64,000 bases of DNA, from the NCBI GenBank assembly GCA_965203485.1, contig OZ241892.1:512001-576000 (forward strand). The letters run 5' to 3'. A model generated the notes under the pieces. That model made no database searches, was not told the DNA's origin, and saw nothing but the letters and a program-made list of their open reading frames with translations. The DNA is from Longimicrobiales bacterium (GTDB lineage: Bacteria; Gemmatimonadota; Gemmatimonadetes; Longimicrobiales; Gaopeijiaceae). Shown here piece after piece: positions 1-8,127 of the stretch. How positions within the stretch are numbered: position 1 is the first letter of the stretch; every line of letters starts with the position of its first letter. Position numbers and translations under genes: made by a program.

Positions 1-375
1 CGTGCTGATCTGCCCTTGGAGGCGGGCCAGAAACTTGCGACGGACGGGGCCGTCTTCGTGCAACGCCAGGGCCTCGGCCGTGTCGGGCTGGGTGACGGAC
101 AGGAAGCCCGCGAGCTGGGCGATATCCACGCAGTGCTCGCGGTCGTAGTCGCGGGGGTCGCCGCAGAGCCAGCCGGAGCCCCGGCGGGATTGGCCGTTGG
201 GCGCGCCGGCCTCGTAAGCAGACCGAGGCTCCCCCGCCCGGAAAGGGGATGCGCGGCCGTTGCTGGGTGCGTTGCCGGCGCCGTCGTTGCCGCCAGCTTC
301 CGGATCGCAGGGCGAGCCCGTCATGGCGGCGCAGATCAGCCGTTCAAGGCCGCGTTCGGTGGTGTCGGTGGGCAA
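1..375 (-). CDS. hsdR: Type I restriction endonuclease subunit R, N-terminal part (runs off window start)
   Basis: My translation from TTG at 375: (M)PTDTTERGLERLICAAMTG...GWLCGDPRDYDREHCVDIAQLAGFLSVTQP...RRKFLARLQGQIS, a typical HsdR N-terminus. In-frame TAG upstream at 403-405; co-oriented with hsdM/hsdS. Not in the ORF track because it is partial. Confidence 0.85.
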   Translation of the reverse strand, partial: MPTDTTERGLERLICAAMTGSPCDPEAGGNDGAGNAPSNGRASPFRAGEPRSAYEAGAPNGQSRRGSGWLCGDPRDYDREHCVDIAQLAGFLSVTQPDTAEALALHEDGPVRRKFLARLQGQIST

Positions 376-491
376 TGGCGAAATGGGATTGTGGACTCGC
401 TTCTACACGGCACGGCCTGACGTTCGGTGGCTCGCAACCGAGGCAACCTACCGGCACGCGAGCGGCACCCCGCTCCCGGATCGCTTCTTCA

Positions 492-540
492 TCTTGGCCA
501 AGTGGTCGCAGGCCAGGGCCATCTCGAGCAGGACGCGCAT
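492..540 (-). pseudogene. Short degenerate fragment of an Rpn-family gene
   Basis: 42/49 nt identical to 1348-1396; encodes MRVLLEMALACDHLAK versus VRILLETALAYDYLAK in the intact gene. Confidence 0.6.
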
Positions 541-571
541 GCTGTCGGCCCGCTCAAGCTCGAATGTAGGG

Positions 572-1735
572 TCAGGAAGCCGTCCTCGCGTGCGCCAGCA
601 GTTCCTGCCCGCTCGCGCAGTCGATGACGAGATCGGCGACCTCGGCGAGCCGCTCTGAAGCGGAGACCTCCTCCAACAGCGCGCCAAGCTCCTTTGCCGT
701 CTCCGCGTCGAACTTCCGTCGCGCCAAGCGCACCAGGGTCGCCCGGCGCTCGAGCAGAGCACGCGCTTCGGCTTCCTGGCGACCTTCCTGCCGGCCTTCC
801 TCGCGGACTTCCCGGCGAACCTCCTCGCGGACTTCCTCGCGAACCTCCTGGCAAACCTCCTCGCGGACCTCCTGGCGGACCTCCTCGCGGACCTCCCGGC
901 GGTTCTTCTCGCGGTCCTCCGCCAACCAAATCTGTGCGACCCCGCCCGTCAGGTCGCCCATCTGCTTCACCTTTGCCACGTCCTCCTCCTTTGCTCCTTG
1001 GTCGATCATCAAACTTCGCACCCACGCCACCAGCCCCTCGCGCGCCGCGCTGTCGCGGGGCAGCAACGCCCTCAACACCGGCAACGCCTCCTCAACCTCG
1101 GCGCTGTTCGCCGCGTAGCGCAACTTCAGCGCCGCCTCGCGCGCCGTCGTCCCGCGCTCGATCTCCCGCGCCTCTTGCGCCTCCGACACGAGCACGAACT
1201 GGTGGCCGAGCGCGAACGGAAGGAACGCCTTCGCCTCGTCGGCCAGCAGATCCTCGAGCCGCGCCGGCGCCGTCCACCGCTCCGGCCCGACGTGCACGAC
1301 GATGGGCAGCACGGGCGGCAACCCGCGCGTCCGGCTCGCCTCTTGGCTCTTGGCCAGGTAGTCGTAGGCCAGGGCCGTCTCGAGCAAGATGCGCACGGCC
1401 ATTCGCCAGTCCGACGCCGCCTGGAACTCGAAAAGCAAGACGACGTAGAGCCACGAGTCGCGAAACGGCGCCCGCCACACGAGGTCGGCGTGGCGCGACG
1501 TGCGCAACTTGGGATCGACGTGCTCGGTCGGCGCCGGCTGGAGACCCTCGAGGTCGATGCGGTCGGCGACGCTGGCGGGGACGACCTTGCCGAAGACGTG
1601 CTTGGCCAGAAACTCGGCGACGATCCGCTTCTCGCGGTAGACGAGCTTGGCGCTCTTGTCCAGCGGCTGGTGGGCAGGCGGTTCGTCGTCCGGCTCGGGG
1701 TCGAGACGGCGGTCTCGGGGGCTGATGGGCGTCAT
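572..1735 (-). CDS. Rpn family recombination-promoting nuclease / putative transposase (YhgA-like, PD-(D/E)XK)
   Basis: Motifs RHADLVW...LLFEFQ...WRMAVRIL and LPPVLPIVVHVG..W; C-terminal EGRQ-type repeats and LVRLARRKF tail. ATG at 1735 preferred over 1948. Confidence 0.85.
   Translation of the reverse strand: MTPISPRDRRLDPEPDDEPPAHQPLDKSAKLVYREKRIVAEFLAKHVFGKVVPASVADRIDLEGLQPAPTEHVDPKLRTSRHADLVWRAPFRDSWLYVVLLFEFQAASDWRMAVRILLETALAYDYLAKSQEASRTRGLPPVLPIVVHVGPERWTAPARLEDLLADEAKAFLPFALGHQFVLVSEAQEAREIERGTTAREAALKLRYAANSAEVEEALPVLRALLPRDSAAREGLVAWVRSLMIDQGAKEEDVAKVKQMGDLTGGVAQIWLAEDREKNRREVREEVRQEVREEVCQEVREEVREEVRREVREEGRQEGRQEAEARALLERRATLVRLARRKFDAETAKELGALLEEVSASERLAEVADLVIDCASGQELLAHARTAS
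776..895 (-). repeat. 10 x 12-bp in-frame tandem repeat (EVRE/EVRQ/EGRQ)
   Basis: Protein reads EVRE EVRQ EVRE EVCQ EVRE EVRE EVRR EVRE EGRQ EGRQ; + strand units such as ctcgcggacctc. Confidence 0.9.
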
Positions 1736-2189
1736 GGACGTTGCGCCGGGGACGTGAACAAGGGCGGGCGCGCCCCCGGCCAGGCGGCGCTGGCCACGGA
1801 TTCGCCGTGCAAGGCTTCCGGAAGAAGCGTGCCATAAGACGGTCGCTGTCCGACGCCAGAATGCAAATGGCGGAATGGGACCCGTTGCATGTCCAAATGG
1901 GTCGATGACGGAAACGCCTCCGGCCAAGCGGTCGCCGATCGGCTTCATCCGGGGCTCGATGCGGGTTGCGAGGCGCGACGGGGCGAACCTGGTTCCTGGA
2001 AGGCTGAATGGTCGCGCCCGGCCGGACGCCCGCAGCTTTGACGGATGCCGGTTGCGGCTTTAAGCTTGCTGGTCCATGCGGTCCGCCCTCCCAGGCGGGG
2101 CGAACGAAATTCTGGACGTGTCGATTCGATTGCGATGCCAACGAAGCCGTCGTGGATCACCCAATCATCCAACGGGGCCTGGAACCAAT

Positions 2190-2954
2190 ATGATTGACGA
2201 AGTTCAACGCCTCGTGGACCAATACTGGAACTGGTTGCAGGAGCAGACGACAATCCGGGAGGTCGGAGACCACGTCGAGATCACGACTCCCTACCTGGAC
2301 CGCCACAACGACTGCTTCCAGATGTATGCTCGCCGACGCGAAGATGGATTCATCCTTACGGACGACGGCTACGTGCTCAACGACTTGGCGCAGGCCGGCG
2401 TCGACGCAACCAGCGGCAAGCGCGGATTGTTGCTGGAGGAAACGCTCAACGGCTTCGGGGTCCGGGAAGTCGCGGGTGCGTTGCAAGTGGAGGCGTCGCC
2501 CGAAGACTTCGGCCTGCGAAAGCACAACCTCCTTCAGGCCATGCTCGCTGTTTCCGACATGTTCTACTTGGCGTCGCCGACGGTCGAAAGCCTGTTTCAC
2601 GAAGACGTGATTGCGTGGCTCGACACGTCCAGCATCAGATACACGCCGAACGTCAAGCTCTCCGGCAAGAGCGGCTTCGACCACAAGTTCGACTTCGTCA
2701 TTCCGAAATCGCCGGATCAGCCCGAGCGAGTGTGCAGGTCCATCAACCGTCCCGACCGCAACGCGGCGCAAACCATGGTCTTCGCGTGGGAGGACACCAA
2801 GGAAGCTCGCGACCCCAACACTGTAGCCTACGCCATCCTAAACGACGCGGATCGGTCCGTATCACGGTTTGTCGACAAGGCACTCGAAAGTTACGATGTG
2901 CGGCCGGTCCGCTGGTCGACCCGCGAGGAAGCGATAAAGAAGCTAGCGGCATAG
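2190..2954 (+). CDS. DUF1828/DUF1829 domain protein
   Basis: MIDEVQRLVDQYWNWL..EITTPYLDRHND..LTDDGY and GKSGFDHKFDFVIPKS..FAWEDT, characteristic of this family; ATG at 2190. Confidence 0.8.
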   Translation: MIDEVQRLVDQYWNWLQEQTTIREVGDHVEITTPYLDRHNDCFQMYARRREDGFILTDDGYVLNDLAQAGVDATSGKRGLLLEETLNGFGVREVAGALQVEASPEDFGLRKHNLLQAMLAVSDMFYLASPTVESLFHEDVIAWLDTSSIRYTPNVKLSGKSGFDHKFDFVIPKSPDQPERVCRSINRPDRNAAQTMVFAWEDTKEARDPNTVAYAILNDADRSVSRFVDKALESYDVRPVRWSTREEAIKKLAA

Positions 2955-3092
2955 GGAGGCATCGTGTGCTCTCCAGTCCCGCCCCCGAGTCAAAGAAATA
3001 GGTCCCGCCTTCCTTTTTGAAACGCCAGCCATTTTCCGTCTCGGAGGACTGGCGGTGCATCGGTCCCATGAGGACCGCGTGCCGAGACAAGC

Positions 3093-4679
3093 TCACGCCG
3101 CGGTCTCTATGTTCGTGCCGGCGATCCCTCGGACGTCCACCTTGCCGGTCACCACGTCGGAGATCAAGCGGGTTCGGTACTCGCGGAGCAGCTCCATTTC
3201 CCGGCGTGCGAGTTCTGCCGCTCTGTCGATCTTGGCGGTTTCGCGGTCGAGGAACGCACCGATGGCCTCCTGTTCTTGCCGTAACGGAAGAGGTATGACC
3301 AAGTGCTTCAGTCCGCTAGCGTAGATGTGCATTACCGTCACTCCACGTCCCATACAGGATTTCTGCCAGGAAGCATGTGCACAATCAAGCGCGTATCCAC
3401 TGAACACGGGATTCAATGCGCCAAAATTTGGTCGAAAGACTATGACATCTCCACTGCAACATGTATGTTCGCGGAGGAGAGTTGTGACTGATTTGCCAAT
3501 GTCGTCGAGCGTTTCGCCTGATCCGGCGAAGAGTACATCTCCATACAAAACTTGCGTGTAGCCCTCGCTCACCTGTTCCGATACAAATCCGAAAGGTGTC
3601 CTGACATGACGGTCGTACATCGTGTAAATGTCTCCGTAGCGTATGCATGGAACACCCGTCGTCGATCTGTCGTTGCGTGTGCCACCTGAGCCTTTGAAGA
3701 AGTCCCCGAACGTCCCGAGTGGTTTGACTTCCCAATGCTCCGGCACGTCCCCCAGCCACTCCACTCCGCTCGGCTTGAGTTTCGGATGCGGATCGAATCC
3801 GGCCTTGCGCGCCTCGTCGGGCGGAAGTCCGCGTGTCACGGTCCGGCTGACGAGGACGGTGCGGTGTTCATCGAGTCTCTCGACCAGAATCTCCTTTTGG
3901 CGAATCAAGGCGTCGATCTTGGCGGTTTCGCGGTCGAGATAGAGGACTATTGCACACGACTCGGAAGGAGTGGGCAAGGGTAATCGCAAGTTGCCAATCC
4001 AGTTCCAACTGGCTCTTGGCATTCTAGCACCAGAAGTGCGCAGGTTTACGTTGTCGATAAAACCGGGGGTCAGCAACGCATACAGGAGATAGCTTGCATA
4101 ACTCGAAGGATTTCTTTCCCTAAGAACAATAAACTCGGATGAACACAAGCCGTCAGCATCAGGACGGCATGCCTTGGCCAAGTAGGGGCGCAACTTGCCA
4201 AACAGAATGTCACCAGCGAGGAATGGAGCAAATGACGAGTTTCGATCTGCCGAGTGAGGGACAGGCGTCTCGAGTAGCCTACCGGTCCACGACTCAACCG
4301 AGTCCATGCCTACATGCAGAGGCTTGCCGATCGAGTCCTCAACATCGTGCTTGTTGTCAATCCTTGACAATACGCGCTGTAGTGGTTTGACCTCCCAATG
4401 CTCCGGCACGTCCCCCAGCCACTCCACTCCGCTCGGCTTGTACTTCGGATACGGCATGAGGTCCAATGCGCGGGCTGCCCCGTTCTCCGATTGCAGGGTC
4501 TTCGGCGATTTCACCTCGGACATCAGTCGACGCAATGTCGGGTCCGTGTATTCTTGGGACAGACGCCACTGTTGAATGTCGTCGGCCGTCATGTGTTCAA
4601 GCTCTTTGCCGATGCGGTCTCGGATCTCGCGCAGGTGCTTGACGTGGGTGAAGGGCCGATCGTCGGCGGAATCAGTCAT
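3093..4679 (-). CDS. hsdS: Type I RM specificity subunit with N-terminal antitoxin-like extension
   Basis: Two KPSGVEWLGDVPEHWEVKPL conserved blocks, two TRDs, two LDRETAKID helices, C-terminal EYRTRLISDVVTGKVDVR. The first ~70 aa are paralogous to 4672-4890. Confidence 0.92.
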   Translation of the reverse strand: MTDSADDRPFTHVKHLREIRDRIGKELEHMTADDIQQWRLSQEYTDPTLRRLMSEVKSPKTLQSENGAARALDLMPYPKYKPSGVEWLGDVPEHWEVKPLQRVLSRIDNKHDVEDSIGKPLHVGMDSVESWTGRLLETPVPHSADRNSSFAPFLAGDILFGKLRPYLAKACRPDADGLCSSEFIVLRERNPSSYASYLLYALLTPGFIDNVNLRTSGARMPRASWNWIGNLRLPLPTPSESCAIVLYLDRETAKIDALIRQKEILVERLDEHRTVLVSRTVTRGLPPDEARKAGFDPHPKLKPSGVEWLGDVPEHWEVKPLGTFGDFFKGSGGTRNDRSTTGVPCIRYGDIYTMYDRHVRTPFGFVSEQVSEGYTQVLYGDVLFAGSGETLDDIGKSVTTLLREHTCCSGDVIVFRPNFGALNPVFSGYALDCAHASWQKSCMGRGVTVMHIYASGLKHLVIPLPLRQEQEAIGAFLDRETAKIDRAAELARREMELLREYRTRLISDVVTGKVDVRGIAGTNIETAA

Positions 4680-4890
4680 CGGGCTCTGCCGACTGCCTTG
4701 AACGTGTAGGCGACTTTGGCTTGGCTCTGGACATCAGGCGGCGTAGTTTCGGGTTCTTGTATTCTCGAGACTGGTGCCACCGATAGGCCTCCTCGGCCGT
4801 CATGTGTTCGAGCTCCTTGTTGATGCGATCTCTGATTTCGCGGAGGTGCTTGACGTAGCTGAAGGACTTCTTGTCCGTAGGTTCAGTCAT
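4672..4890 (-). CDS. 72-aa small helical protein, putative antitoxin partner of the PIN domain
   Basis: F..VKHLREIRDRINKELEHMT resembles small proteins encoded right after SWNFKH-type PIN genes; overlaps both neighbours by 8 nt (ATGACTGA). Confidence 0.7.
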   Translation of the reverse strand: MTEPTDKKSFSYVKHLREIRDRINKELEHMTAEEAYRWHQSREYKNPKLRRLMSRAKPKSPTRSRQSAEPDD

Positions 4891-7333
4891 GGTGCTCGAT
4901 CTCCCGTGGTGAGCGGATGTCGATGGATTGGTGTTCCCGGACGACGTTGACGGAGTTGCATATCTGGATTCGCCGGGCGTTCACGATGTGCTTGAAGTTC
5001 CAGCTGACCAAGACGTCGGCCTCGGCGAGCGTGGCCAGCGCGATGTGCTCGGCGTCGGCCTGCATCGACGGCGCCAGGGCGCCCGCGTCAATATAGGCCA
5101 GGGCAAGGCGTTCCGCGTCTTCCGACGCCTGGACCTCCTCTATGTGCGCGTCCGGGACCTGCTCCAGGACGTCTTGGACCTCCTGTCTTGCGCCTTCGAG
5201 TTCCGTGGCGGTTAGGTGCGACAGAAGCAGAACGTGCTCTCCCCGACCGAAGGCCTTGAACAGACGGCATGAGGGCTCCCGGAACTCTTCGTCGAAGCAC
5301 CCGCCCACGACGGTGGTGTCCACGTAGACCCGCAATCGCGCCCCGTAGGGCATCGGCCGGGGCTCGGCCACGAGCGCCGCCAGCAGGGCGTTGGACTTTC
5401 GGCGCACCGAACGGATGTCGGCTCGGATCGCGCGCAACGGCCGCATCGGCTTCGGCTTGTAGAAGTGGCGCGCGAAGTTGATCTCGTAGCCGGTCTTCAC
5501 CGAGTTGGGACGGTGCCAGGCGTCCGGCGCGTAGGGCAGGACCTCCCGGCGGAGAAAGGCATCCACGCCGCCCTCCTCCGTCAAGGGAACCCGCTCGGTG
5601 TCGCGAAGGTCGGGGTCCGGCTCGTACTCGACGACGGCGGGCGTTCCGTCCACCTGCGCCTCGAACCGGCCCACGAGCGCGTCGGCATCGACGCCCGTCT
5701 TCCACGCCCGCCGAATCACGGGCGCCGCCTCCGGGTCCCGCTCGCCGTCCTCCTTCAGGCGCTTGATCTCCGCCGCCTTGTAGACGCGCCCGGGCTCGGC
5801 CCCGGCGATCCGCAACGGCCGCTCGACCGTCGCCTTCGCGTATCCGAAGGCGTCGTTCGGGAAGATCTTCGACTCGTCCGTCTCCTCGAACGCCAGGAAG
5901 ACGTCGCACACGCGCTGGGCGTCCTCGTCCGACAGCTCGCAGTTCTTCTTGCCCAAGTTCTTGCGCAACGGCGTGAACCACCGGGTCGCGTCGATCAGCT
6001 GGACCCGGCCGACGCGATGTTCGGGCTTGCGGTTGGTCAGGACCCAGACGTACGTGGCGATGCCCGTGTTGTAGAACATGTTCAGGGGCAGCGCGACGAT
6101 CGCCTCGAGCCAGTCGTTCTCGATCATCCAACGGCGGATGTTGCTCTCGCCCTGGCCCGCGTCGCCGGCGAACAGCGAGCTGCCGTTGTGGACCTCGGCG
6201 ATGCGGCTGCCCAAAGTCGTGCTCTGCTTCATCTTGCTCAGCATGTTGGCCAGGAACAGCATCTGGCCGTCGCTGACGCGGGTCGCCAGCGAGAACTCCG
6301 GGTCGCGGCCGTGCTCGACCACGAACCGGGGATCGCGCATGTCGCGCTTGCCGCCCATGCGCTGCAAGTCGCTCTTCCAGCTCTTGCCGTAGGGCGGGTT
6401 CGACAGCATGAAGTCGAACTCCTTGTCGGGGAACGCGTCGTTGGACAAGGTCGAGTGCTCGGGGCCGCCCACGATGTTGTCGGCCGCTTCGCCTTCGCCC
6501 TTCAGCAGCAGGTCGGCCTTGCAGATCGCATAGGTCTCGGCGTTGATCTCCTGGCCGTACAGATGCGTGGCCACCTTCTTGCCGCGCTCCTCGGCCAGCG
6601 CCTGCAACGTCTGCTCGGCCACGGTCAGCATGCCGCCGGTGCCGCACGCGCCGTCGTAGAGCAGATACGTGCCGTTCGCGATCTCGTCGGCCACCGGCAG
6701 GAACACGAGCTTGGCCATCAGCTTCACGGCGTCGCGCGGCGTCCAGTGCTCGCCGGCCTCCTCGTTGTTCTCCTCGTTGAAGCGCCGGACCAGCTCCTCG
6801 AAGATCGTGCCCATGCCGTGGTTGTCGAGGCCGGGATGCCGCACCGTTCCGTCGGGCTTGAGCACGGGCTCCGGTCCCAGGTTCACGTCGGGCGACGTCA
6901 GCTTCTCGATCAGCGAGCCCAGCGCGTCCGCCCTGGACAGGCGCGGAACCTGGTTGCGGAACTCGAAGTTGTCGATGATCTCCTGGACGTTGGGCGAGAA
7001 GCCGTCCAAGTACGCCTCGAAGTCGGCCCGCAGCCGTTGCTGGCTGGCCCGCGCCTTCAGGTCCTGCATCGTGAAGGGCGACGCGTTCCAGAACGCTTGG
7101 CCCGCCGCCGCGCGCAGTCCGCCGTCCTGGTTCGCGACGCCGGCCTCGTCCAGCATGGCTTTCCGCTCCCGCACGGGCTGCTTGGTCGGCTCCAGCACCG
7201 CGTCCAGCCGGCGCAGGACGGTCATCGGCAGGATCACGTCGCGATACTTGCCGCGCACGTACAGGTCCCGCAGCACGTCGTCGGCGATGCCCCAGATGTA
7301 GTTCGCGATCCAGGCCAGCTGAGCATGATCCAT
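4883..7333 (-). CDS. hsdM: Type I RM m6A methyltransferase with C-terminal PIN domain fusion
   Basis: IWGIADDVLRD N-terminus, GEHWTPR, DGACGTGG (SAM binding), NPPY (catalytic), YEINFARHFY end of HsdM; then, in frame, RVYVDTTVVGGCFDEEF...ADAEHIALA...VSWNFKHIVN (PIN). Confidence 0.93.
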   Translation of the reverse strand: MDHAQLAWIANYIWGIADDVLRDLYVRGKYRDVILPMTVLRRLDAVLEPTKQPVRERKAMLDEAGVANQDGGLRAAAGQAFWNASPFTMQDLKARASQQRLRADFEAYLDGFSPNVQEIIDNFEFRNQVPRLSRADALGSLIEKLTSPDVNLGPEPVLKPDGTVRHPGLDNHGMGTIFEELVRRFNEENNEEAGEHWTPRDAVKLMAKLVFLPVADEIANGTYLLYDGACGTGGMLTVAEQTLQALAEERGKKVATHLYGQEINAETYAICKADLLLKGEGEAADNIVGGPEHSTLSNDAFPDKEFDFMLSNPPYGKSWKSDLQRMGGKRDMRDPRFVVEHGRDPEFSLATRVSDGQMLFLANMLSKMKQSTTLGSRIAEVHNGSSLFAGDAGQGESNIRRWMIENDWLEAIVALPLNMFYNTGIATYVWVLTNRKPEHRVGRVQLIDATRWFTPLRKNLGKKNCELSDEDAQRVCDVFLAFEETDESKIFPNDAFGYAKATVERPLRIAGAEPGRVYKAAEIKRLKEDGERDPEAAPVIRRAWKTGVDADALVGRFEAQVDGTPAVVEYEPDPDLRDTERVPLTEEGGVDAFLRREVLPYAPDAWHRPNSVKTGYEINFARHFYKPKPMRPLRAIRADIRSVRRKSNALLAALVAEPRPMPYGARLRVYVDTTVVGGCFDEEFREPSCRLFKAFGRGEHVLLLSHLTATELEGARQEVQDVLEQVPDAHIEEVQASEDAERLALAYIDAGALAPSMQADAEHIALATLAEADVLVSWNFKHIVNARRIQICNSVNVVREHQSIDIRSPREIEHHD

Positions 7334-7383
7334 GGCTGTTCGGCCTTTTCGCCTTGGAGGGCCGACGAACGAGGGCGCGAAAT

Positions 7384-8088
7384 CTACGCCGGCGCGCCCC
7401 CAACGCCAACCCGGTCGATTCCGTGGCGGTCGGACGGGGATTTGCGAGTCCGCATCTCCGACGCTAGTTCCTGCTCCAGCCTTCGTTGTTCCTTCGTTGC
7501 GTCCGCTTCCGCCACGATGCCGGCCCCCACATACGCCCGTACCGCTTCCGCCACCGATTCCACCTGAACGACGCGCGTGAGCTCGTCATCTCGCGCCGAT
7601 CGCCAGTGAAGCGCCACGCCGACGTCAGGCGCCACTTGCAACTCTGGCCTGCCCAACGGGTCTTCTTTCTTGAGCGTCGTCAGTAGCACGGCAGCCCCTC
7701 GCCACACTTCCACGAACCGGTCCCGCTCCTCCCTGCCCGGCATTTTGCCGCGTGGCTCGCGCTGGATTTCAGCGTGGGCTGGGTTCTCCGGTATAGGTCG
7801 GTCCGTGACGCTCCAAAGCCGGTGTCCTTCCGCATCGGTCAGCATGCGGATTTCTGCCGTCCTGGCCTTGATCGTGCCCCGCATGCCGCGACCGCCCATG
7901 ACTGCTTGCACATGGTGACTCCGGTCGACCGACGCACCGCCTTCCTCTTTGGTCCACCGGAGCGCTCTACGCGGAAACGCAGATCGAGGGACAGCTCCGC
8001 TACCCGTCTCTCGCGCTCCAGGGGGTAGCCGTCTCTCCAGTTCTTCGTTGTCATCAACCACCCCAAGCGCGTGTGCTCCCGGGCTCAT
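7384..8088 (-). CDS. Putative ADP-ribosyltransferase-fold toxin with C-terminal extra domain
   Basis: Pattern VDDNEELERR...AF...GASVDR...TAEIR...VTDRPIPENPAHAEI resembles small ART/RES-like toxins (R...S-x-D-R...H-A-E); recognised by eye only. Confidence 0.55.
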   Translation of the reverse strand: MSPGAHALGVVDDNEELERRLPPGARETGSGAVPRSAFPRRALRWTKEEGGASVDRSHHVQAVMGGRGMRGTIKARTAEIRMLTDAEGHRLWSVTDRPIPENPAHAEIQREPRGKMPGREERDRFVEVWRGAAVLLTTLKKEDPLGRPELQVAPDVGVALHWRSARDDELTRVVQVESVAEAVRAYVGAGIVAEADATKEQRRLEQELASEMRTRKSPSDRHGIDRVGVGGAPA

Positions 8089-8127
8089 TCCCTCAGCCGG
8101 AAACTTCTCCCCTCGCTTGACCAGGTC

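Noticed and set aside
776..895. CRISPR-like array
   Set aside because: Contiguous 12-bp coding repeats with no spacers and no cas genes.
492..1396. Template/variable repeat pair of a diversity-generating retroelement
   Set aside because: Mismatches are not adenine-specific on either strand, the match is only 49 nt, and there is no reverse transcriptase in the window.
572..1948. Rpn gene as an IS element
   Set aside because: No terminal inverted repeats or target duplications seen; Rpn proteins are not demonstrated transposases.
2743..3096. 117-aa minus-strand ORF overlapping the hsdS stop (GTGA)
   Set aside because: Could be the stump of an interrupted gene, but most of it is antisense to DUF1829 and I recognise no motif.
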